Positions 23,886 to 31,542 of a stretch of 31,542 bases of DNA are shown here, piece by piece (the stretch's first letter is position 1; the number at the start of each line of letters is the position of its first letter). The position numbers were made by a program, and so were the translations under genes. This DNA is from Selaginella moellendorffii. Lineage: Eukaryota; Plantae; Lycopodiophyta. Under the pieces are notes generated by a model, which had not been told where the DNA came from, did no database searches, and worked only from the letters and a program-made list of their open reading frames with translations. The DNA lies in contig NW_003314337.1 of assembly GCF_000143415.4 (NCBI RefSeq), positions 340,354 through 371,895 of the forward strand. The letters are read 5' to 3'.

Positions 23886-24701
23886 TGTGAGACACAAAAT
23901 CCCTAGGCCCCAAAGTGGAGCCGGAAAGGGTGCCACGTGGTAGTAGCTGAAGCAAGAGCCAAACGAGCGTAACACGTTTGGACCAAAAGCTCCGACTTGA
24001 AAAGTCAAGAGTGGGAGTGGAACTCCCAAAGAAGTGCTCGAGGAACGAGCACGAAGCGAGCAAAAAGCGAGGCTCCAAAAAGGGACCCAAAAGGACCAAC
24101 ACATGACACGTGGGAGTGTCCGAGATGGACTCGAGTTGGAGTCCGAAGTGGAGTCCGAGATGGACCCGAGTTGGAGTCCGAAGTGGAGTCCGAGATGGAC
24201 TCGAGTTGGAGTCCGAAGTGGAGTCCGAGATGGACCCGAGTTGGAGTCCGAAGTGGAGTCCGAGATGGACTCGAGTTGGAGTCCGAAGTGGAGTCCGAGA
24301 TGGACCCGAGTTAGAGTCCGAAGTGGAGTCCGAGATGGACCCGAGTTGAAGTCCGAAGTGGAGTCCGAGATGGAGTCCGAAGTGGAGTCCGAGGTGGACC
24401 CGAGATGGACCCGAGATGGAGTCCGAAGTGGAGTCCGAGGTGGACCCGAGATGGACCCGAGTTGGAGTCCGAAGTGGAGTCCGAGATGGAGTCCGAGATG
24501 GAGTCCGAGATGGAGTCCGAGGTGGACCCGAGATGGACCCAAAATGGAGTCCGAGATGGAGTCCGAGATGGACCCGAGATGGAGTCCAAGATGGACCCGA
24601 GATGGACCCGAGATGGAGTCCGAGATGGAGTCCGAGATGGAGTCCGAGATGGAGTCCGAGATGGAGTCCGAGATGGAGTCCGAAGTCGAGACCGAGACCG
24701 G

Positions 24702-24733
<32 letters not shown>

Positions 24734-25884
24734 TCGGGACCGAGACCGAGACCGAGGCCGAGGCCGAGACCGAGCCCGAGCCCGAGTCTGAGTCCGAATC
24801 CGAGTCCGAGTCCGAGTCCGAGTCCGAGTCCGAGTCCGAGTCCGGAGCCTGAGAGGGTGAAAGCCCAAAGCGTTCGTCTCCCAGACCCTGGGGGGTTTGG
24901 TGAGCTCCAAAAGTATAGTAAGGGGGAGGACTGCAGTGGAGCCAGTTTGGCCANNNNNNNNNNNNNNNNNNNNNNNNNNNNNNNNNNNNNNNNNNNNNNN
25001 NNNNNNNNNNNNNNNNNNNNNNNNNNNNNNNNNNNNNNNNNNNNNNNNNNNNNTCCAAGACTAGAGTGAATACAGACCGACAAGCGGGGTAGCTTGGTGA
25101 AGTGTTCAAGAGCCGGCTCTAGTTCCCCCGGGAGATCGACTGGCCGATGCTCCCAGTCCAAGTGTGGGTGGCACTACCTACTTGGATACCAGGCATGGCT
25201 CAACGGAACCTCACTCTAAGCCCATGGCTAGAGCACCTAAAGGCGAAAGGCGGGGAGAGTACCCAGGTGGCTCGCGTAAGGCCACGGTGTTCCGAAATGT
25301 TGTCCCAAAAGCCTAGACTGTGGAAAGGAAGAGGAGCAGTCCTCTGGGGTAGTGACCAAGGACACAGTCGTGTGGTGAGGAAGTCCCAGAGGACCATGGG
25401 ACTTAGTGGTCGGGCCTATGGGCCTTGATCCAGTGGCAGTGTTGGTAAACACGGCCAGGGGCAGAAAGGGACTTGGTAGGAACTGACAAAGGGACTTTGG
25501 GGAAGGCGATTCCCTAGGTCTGTGGGCATCCTAAGGATGCTAAGGAGTGGATCTAGGATGACCACTCGTGAACAGATGGCCCAGTCTTGGAGAGACGGGA
25601 TGGTGATGCAAGTGGTATTGGACCACTAGTGCAGCAAAGGTGAATGGGCATGGCCTTAGCGTAACGGGCCGAGATGTCAGTGGTACCTTTGGGTGTCAGT
25701 CTTCGGACCGGACACGTGGAGCACTTGGACCAGGTGCAAGTGTTGAGTGGCATGGATGCCATTCTTGGGGCTAGCAAGTCCCAAGTCCTGAATTGGACTA
25801 ATGGAGGTTGTGAATGAGACTCCTCCAAATGGTCGGAGGTGTGGTTAAGTGGCTAAAGTAGAATGGAAAATTTAGTCGCTTACA
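23886..25884 (+). repeat. Family A 3' LTR (contains a 100-N gap; array ~24118-24847)
   Basis: Direct repeat of 17969-19836. Confidence 0.96.
24954..25053. other. Assembly gap (100 N placeholder; about 65 bp in the 5' LTR)
   Basis: Flanks map to ~18942 and ~19008 of the 5' LTR. Confidence 0.95.
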
Positions 25885-25889
25885 GTCAC

Positions 25890-26048
25890 CCAGCCTAGTA
25901 CTATTCTAACCCAAGGACACTTAACCCCAAATATCCCAAGACCCTTAACCGATTGGAAAAGGGGGTGCACTCTTGTTCATGGGCCCTTTCCCTTTATATT
26001 TGAACCCCAATGGATCATCTCTCGAATCGTTCTCTTTGGTTGCTTACA
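25890..26048 (-). repeat. Cassandra 5' LTR, right part (A-box/IE at 25890-25925)
   Basis: Matches 13068-13226; followed by TSD ctcga. Confidence 0.92.
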
Positions 26049-26119
26049 CTCGATCATGAAGACCATATCTTTAGATATCCACATTGCACTAACACTTTTC
26101 TTCAACCACTTTCAAGATC

Positions 26120-26900
26120 TAATGTAAAGCCAAAACACAAATAAGAAAAATAATATGGAAAATTAAGGTTTAAGAAGAATTCTTCATCACTTGAAATAAC
26201 AATGCCACTTCCACTAACACAAGTGCTTGCAATGTCAATACCTCAACCTCACATCTCCTTCATTCAACAATCTACTTCAAGTGCTAATGGATACACCGAC
26301 CAAGCTATAGCAAATGACTATTATAACCTTTTTTCAATACCTTAATAGACAAACCCTTAAGGAAACAAAGTACTAATTTAAACTTAGCATAATGGATCAC
26401 CATTGAGAATCCAGTCAAAGCTACTATAATGCTACTATGTGCAAATAGATTAGCTTCTCTATTAACCACTTTGGGCTTGATCATTATTTAACCAAGAGAC
26501 TTCATAAACATATTGTTCATTATCACATGGATATGATACAAAATCACAATGACTTGATCATCAATTGAGCAACACCACAAATAACACCTATATTATTACT
26601 TCAAAGGTTTATGTGGGTATTAAGTGTTAACTCAATTTGACAAAATACAACATAAATACCATACCCTACCAATAGAGATTTACAACATCTAACACCATTA
26701 ACTTTTATTTAAAATATGGACAAGCTTATGCCACTCCCTTTCCAACCAAACTCAAAACTAATCCAACAACAAACTATTCAAGGAGCAATAGCAAAGTTCC
26801 CTAAAAAAAAATTGATCATTGTAACCCAAACCTTCCAATAGCAAGCCTAGACAAAATGGTTTAACATTTCACCACTATCCATTCTATGACTCACCACTTA
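26120..26900 (-). pseudogene. Decayed copia-type gag/protease relic
   Basis: Minus strand MDSGEMLNHF (26853-26882, gag UBN2-like), then DWILNG (~26399-26416, WILDSG-like). Confidence 0.4.
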
Positions 26901-27444
26901 TAAGACCATCAACATTAAGATAGGGAGTCTTAATTGCATAATATGAATATGGGTAATGAGTTATACCTCATTGCGAATTATCTCTCTAAGAAGAGAAAAT
27001 GATTTACATGTTTGATCCTTCATCCCTAACAACTCTTTTTTCAAACTTAACTTGACTAAACCTCAAGTTTGTATTAGCACTACCTTTAATCCAATCTAAG
27101 AAAAGTTTATGAGAGAGCACAACAATGACTACTTGAACTAATAGACTAATCCCTATAGTGTTGATAATCCACTTATAATCATGCCTAAGAAGGATCTACT
27201 AGTGATGTGCTAAACAATTACAAACTAGCATGTTCACCACTCATAGCAAACCCCAGGGTGCTAACTCAAAGTGTAATCTTGAGTTGTTAATGCACTTCAC
27301 TCACAAGCCCAAGTGTAAACTTGTGCAAACTAGTATATCTTTATTCATCCTATGAGCCCAAGAGCAAGCTCATATTATATGGTACAAAAAAAAGGAAACC
27401 AAAGTCCATAGTCAAGGAATGAATGTGAAGTCATAACACCCAAA

Positions 27445-28566
27445 TGTATCACACGTGGTTTTTACCCTTTATCCTATGGTGATTTACCATAGGATAACCA
27501 TGAAACAAAACCTAAACCTTTATGTGCCATGTGTCACAGCCATATGCCACATGCCATATATCCTAAAGATAATGGTGTGAAACCCGAGTTTTAGGGTCTT
27601 GGGCCATTGAATGAAGGAACAGAGCTAAACTCCTAAGCATGGAGCCAAGGGGTAATGAAATCGGAGCATAGAGTGACTTTTTAACATTCAGCTCAAGGAG
27701 TGAAAGGATAGGAGCACAAAGCAACTTGGAACAGTCCTAGAGTATCTAGCATCCCAATGCTAGGACTAGCACGCAAAACGGAGCTAAATAAAATTTGACA
27801 CTATTTCAGTATATCGATGGCCTAACGTGAGGATATGGGTACTCCACCAGGCTTAGACCTAATCCGGACACAAAACAAGGACAGGCACGCAAGCGGGAGA
27901 TAAATTATGCCTCAGGTTGGTTAACATGCCTAACCTACCCATTATCCTTACTATATATTTAGAACCCCCCACAACCTCTTACCACCCCCCTCCCCCCTTT
28001 TCTCTTGAGGAACACACACTTTAGGCTTTCACCCTTAGCCACCATTAATACCAGGAATTAGCCTCTAGGACAAGCTTGAAATTTATTAAATATGGAATAT
28101 CCCTAAATTGTGAATTTGGATATGGGATAAACACTATTGTGTTCAGGACAATCTCTACATTCCGTAGATATGCCAAATGAGCAAATTTAGACACTTTCCA
28201 TAAATAACATTTAGAACCAGAATGAGACTCATACAAAAGGTATAATAGTGAGGGTGTTTAGCAAACATGGTAAGCTATCATCTAATGTTATTAAGGGATT
28301 AGTCTCAATATGTGAGGTTCTTGTCAAGCCAATGCAAGACAAAACAAAAGAGAACTGAATATACTCAGCTAGAAACACATAGAAGTTCCTACCTTTTGTC
28401 AAGTGCTAAGTACAAGTGCTAAGCCCAATTTATTAACACTTAAACAAGAGGGGCTGATAAAAGGAACTAGCAATACCGACCTCCTACCGTCGTAGTAGTA
28501 AGGAAAGAATATCTAAAAGAACAAGCCGACAGGTAACTTTCGATACCCAAAATCACATTCGAAACA
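27445..28566 (-). repeat. LTR family B, right copy (similarity to the left copy clear to ~28510)
   Basis: Colinear with 5840-6359 plus 7818-8445. Confidence 0.8.
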
Positions 28567-28571
28567 GAGAG

Positions 28572-28807
28572 AGTCCAAATATATAATAGGGATAGTGGTC
28601 TAAAGTATAACTAACTACCTAAGACATTAATTTAGCTCTCACTAGGTTATGTTGCTCCTTGTTCTATGTCTAATTTGGGTTTAAGCCCAAGTTTCATTCT
28701 ACTTTAGTTGATGGGTACCAACTCATAAAGGATTTTGAGTGTGTATTAGACTCTTGTTTCGTATTGTAATAAGCTTGGAGTTTGGTTTCAAATTTAGATG
28801 TGTTACA
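28572..28807 (+). repeat. 3' end of a plus-strand LTR related to family B, in inverted orientation
   Basis: Ends tgtgttaca. Its reverse complement aligns with ~6225-6359 plus 7818-7831 (e.g. ccactatcc.ta.tata.atttgga). Followed by degenerate PBS tagtatcaaagg (28810-28821). Confidence 0.7.
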
Positions 28808-29373
28808 TTTAGTATCAAAGGTATTGCCTCAATAATTCTTATTCAACTTTTATCGAAATTTTTGACTTTAATTGCATATGCAAAGATTTTCTTAGTAAAT
28901 CCAAAACAACCCGTGTAAGATTAGTTGGATTGCAGCATTTGGTAAGATGTTCATTTATTGTTAGAGGCATATATATAGCTAGTGAGATGGCCAAATGGAA
29001 TTGAGTTGATGACACTTAAACCTCTAGAAGAGTGAATCAAGAAGAGGAAACTCCTACTAGAAATGCTACAAAAAAAGTTGAGCCTGAGTCAAAAAAGGAA
29101 GAGTTTTGACTTGAAGTTACACCACTATAGTGTAGGCTCAAAATATTGAAATTGAGAATTTGCAAAAAGAAGTTCACAAATTACAAAAGAACAAGAAGAG
29201 GAAGAAAGAAGTTGAGGCAACTAAAATAGCTAAAATTAACCAACTAGACTCTTTTTTAAGTTTTGAGAATAATGAATTTTTAGACTCCTTTTTAAGTTTT
29301 AAGGATAATGAAGTTTTGTAACTGCCCCTAGTTGCATGTGTTTCAAAATTTAAGCCCTTGAAGGTAGAGGTAT

Positions 29374-29786
29374 ATGGAAGACTAGGTCTATGATATGAAA
29401 AAGTATTTCATAGCAGTAGATAAATGATCGATGAAGGTTATATACATACAATCCTTTCTCATATATCATACCAAAATTTAGTAGTGCTAAATGTGGTGAA
29501 AAGGGATAAACTAAAAGTTGGACTAAAATGTGATCTCATATAATAAGGAATCCTTGTTGGATATCTTGGTCTCAAACTTTCAGCAAGCTGTGATAGTTAA
29601 AGTAGCATAGGGATTTTATGCATTATGTTAATATGTTTGCTCATGAGCATATTATGATTGCAAATATAAGTAATGAAGATGTTTAGAATTATTTTTTGGA
29701 AGGTTTAAATTCACTTTCTCACAATGAGATTTTAAAGTTTAACCCAAAGATATATCTAGAGTGTAAGGAGGTAGCACAAAAAGTTG
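29374..29786 (+). pseudogene. Ty3/gypsy Retrotrans_gag-like pseudogene
   Basis: MED*VYDMKKYF ... DFMHYVNMFAHEHIMIANISNEDV*NYFLEGLNSLSHNEILKFNPKIYLECKEVAQKV, downstream of an LTR end and PBS. Confidence 0.7.
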
Positions 29787-31542
29787 TTTTCAATCACTCA
29801 CTCATGGAATAGTATCAACAACCACATATTGGAACCTTGGGACAAGAATAAGAATTTTAGGAATAAACAAGGTAAATAAAAATAGAGGGTGGAAAGGAAA
29901 TTTTGCTTTAGAGGCTCATAAGTAATGATTATCAATTTAAATAGTATTATATATGGTGATTTAATACCAAATTTAAGCTTCTAAATTTAGACTTCCCAAG
30001 AGTTAACTAACATAGTACTACTCAAACTCCCCATCTAAATTCATATAATCCTTTAATACATTTTGTATTAAAGAGATCTCAAGTCCAACTTTGACTAAAT
30101 TTATTTTACCTTGCTTCTACTTGGAGATGGTACTAATAAATTTAAATACTTTACCTTTCCTTGTTTCAATGAAGGGAATTACATTATATGTTGAGATTTT
30201 CTATATTCAAAAGTTTATAAAATGTAAGCATGATAGTTTAGTTAATGGGGTACCCACCTCCTTCCATAGTTCTAACAATATTAGAGTTCAGTTCCAAATT
30301 TAGGTGTTAAAAGAGAAGTTAAATACTTTTTACATATATCATAATTGTTATCATTACATTTTCTACATTTTCAGGATCCTAGAAGAAAATAAAATAATTG
30401 AATTGATTAATCTCCCAGGTAAAAAGAAAAGATAAAATTAAAAAAATTTATTTATATTATATTATTTGACATTGTTATCTTCTTCTTCTTGAAACCTAGA
30501 AAAAATGAGAAAATAAAAAACTCAATTAATTGATTTAAAGAGAGTTAAAATCCTAAAAAATTTGAGTTTTTATTGATTTGATTTTTCCAAATTCAGAAAA
30601 GAAAGGGGATAAGAAGTTTTTCATTTAAAAGATTATTCAATCACATTTTTTTTTTCATTCCAGAATTTTTTGGAATTTAAAGACAAGAAACAAAGAGATC
30701 ATAGTGTACCCATGGAAAAACTCTAACTAAATGCACTAAGCACAAGAGGAATTGTACCACATGCCATAAATGTCATACACTCACATTGATGGAGGTGAGG
30801 GGCACTTTTGATTATCCTTGAAGAGTGTTTGAATTTGGGATTTTAGTTTAAATTTAACTTTTGCATAATCTAAATCTAGTTTTTTTTCCATTTCCTCTCT
30901 TGTATTCTTTCCTTTCGGGATTTTGGTTTAAATGTAACTTTTGCATTGTCTAAATCTCCCTTTCCTTCTAGCTTTTTTCATTTCTTTTCTTTTGCTCTTT
31001 CCTTTTCATTCATCTTTATGGTAGAGTAGCAATCTCCTCCTCCTTTGACTCTGGAGTAACAGTTGATGCAATTGCTCGATACTATATGATTGTAGTTGAA
31101 CAACCAAACTCAGTTGATTGGGGATGATATGTACCACTAATTCAATCACTTCATGGCAATAGCCACATATCATTCTTGGGATGATGCTCGAAATTTGCAT
31201 GAGTTTCCCATATGTTTCCAAAGGACAGCATTACAGTGGTATAATGGTTTAAGCACAGCCACTCATGTGGATTAGAGTATTCTCCTAGATGTCTTGAAAT
31301 GTATATTTGAACATCTAATGATTGTGATAATACCTTTCAATAATTGCATCATCTTTGTTAAGGGCTATTTGAGTTAGTGATGCAATTTTGTGTTTGTTTT
31401 CAAAGCTTCTTGCTTCATGTGGAGCCAAATATGTTACAGTGGATCAAGTTGGGAATGTTGTGGCTAACACTTCATCAAAATCTTGTAAGACTTGTGCATA
31501 CATTTGTTCTAGCCACCTTTGATAATGCTCTTCACTTGGCAC

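Larger units (their letters stand above)
17969..25884 (+). mobile_element. Full-length, young, non-autonomous LTR retrotransposon (LARD-like, Ty3/gypsy-derived), family A
   Basis: TG..CA LTRs at 17969-19836 and 23886-25884. Perfect TSD gtcac (17964-17968, 25885-25889). PBS and PPT present. The 4.05-kb internal region has no long ORF. Confidence 0.96.
13032..26048 (-). mobile_element. Cassandra-type TRIM (5S-domain LTRs) with duplicated internal domain and ~4.35 kb LARD cargo; its 5' LTR is interrupted by a younger LARD
   Basis: Two 195-bp TG..CA LTRs (13032-13226; 17933-17968 joined to 25890-26048). TSD ctcga (13027-13031, 26049-26053). PBS at 17919-17930 and PPT at 13227-13241 on the minus strand. 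Both LTRs contain a 5S rRNA-like segment. Confidence 0.92.
5840..28566 (-). mobile_element. Old, decayed Ty1/copia-like LTR retrotransposon hosting the nested insertions; outer right boundary uncertain
   Basis: Direct repeats begin tgtaacaca (5840) and tgtatcaca (27445). Minus-strand relic motifs between them run in copia order gag-PR-INT-RT. Possible TSD gggag (5835-5839) / gagag (28567-28571), one mismatch. Only a poor PBS-like sequence lies left of 27445, and no clear PPT was found. Confidence 0.5.

Noticed and set aside
15472-25161. 200-458 aa RS-, ES-, SD- and LG-rich ORFs on both strands
   Set aside because: Products of the stop-poor LTR minisatellite. Frames differ between LTR copies, and the array is nearly absent from one copy.
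26450-26700. Copia RNase H relic (MFMKSL-like)
   Set aside because: The position conflicts with the gag-PR-INT-RT order of the flanking motifs, and the match is too weak.
31006-31542. Minus-strand coding relic (WETHANFEH, chromodomain-like)
   Set aside because: Multiple stops and one short motif only; family not assignable without a profile search.

Overview
Repeat-dense eukaryotic DNA, almost certainly from a land plant, with no intact protein-coding gene. All listed ORFs come from N gaps, low-complexity repeats or decayed retroelements. The window is a nested stack of LTR retroelements. (1) An old, decayed Ty1/copia-like element on the minus strand (~5840-28560, LTR family B). (2) Three TSD-flanked solo LTRs inserted in it (6360-7812, 9743-10791, 11129-12372). 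(3) A Cassandra-type TRIM (13032-26048, minus strand, TSD CTCGA) whose 195-bp LTRs carry the 5S rRNA A-box/IE/C-box segment. Unusually, it encloses a duplicated PBS/internal domain and ~4.35 kb of rearranged, circularly permuted sequence from a non-autonomous Ty3/gypsy-derived LARD family (family A). (4) A young, full-length family-A LARD (17969-25884, TSD GTCAC) inserted exactly into the 5S C-box of that Cassandra's 5' LTR. (5) At the right, an LTR end, PBS and gypsy-like gag relic. The best candidate for something new is the Cassandra-LARD partnership: a chimeric element, shared termini/PBS/PPT and LTR motifs, and an insertion into the Pol III promoter. All alignments and mismatch counts were done by eye.
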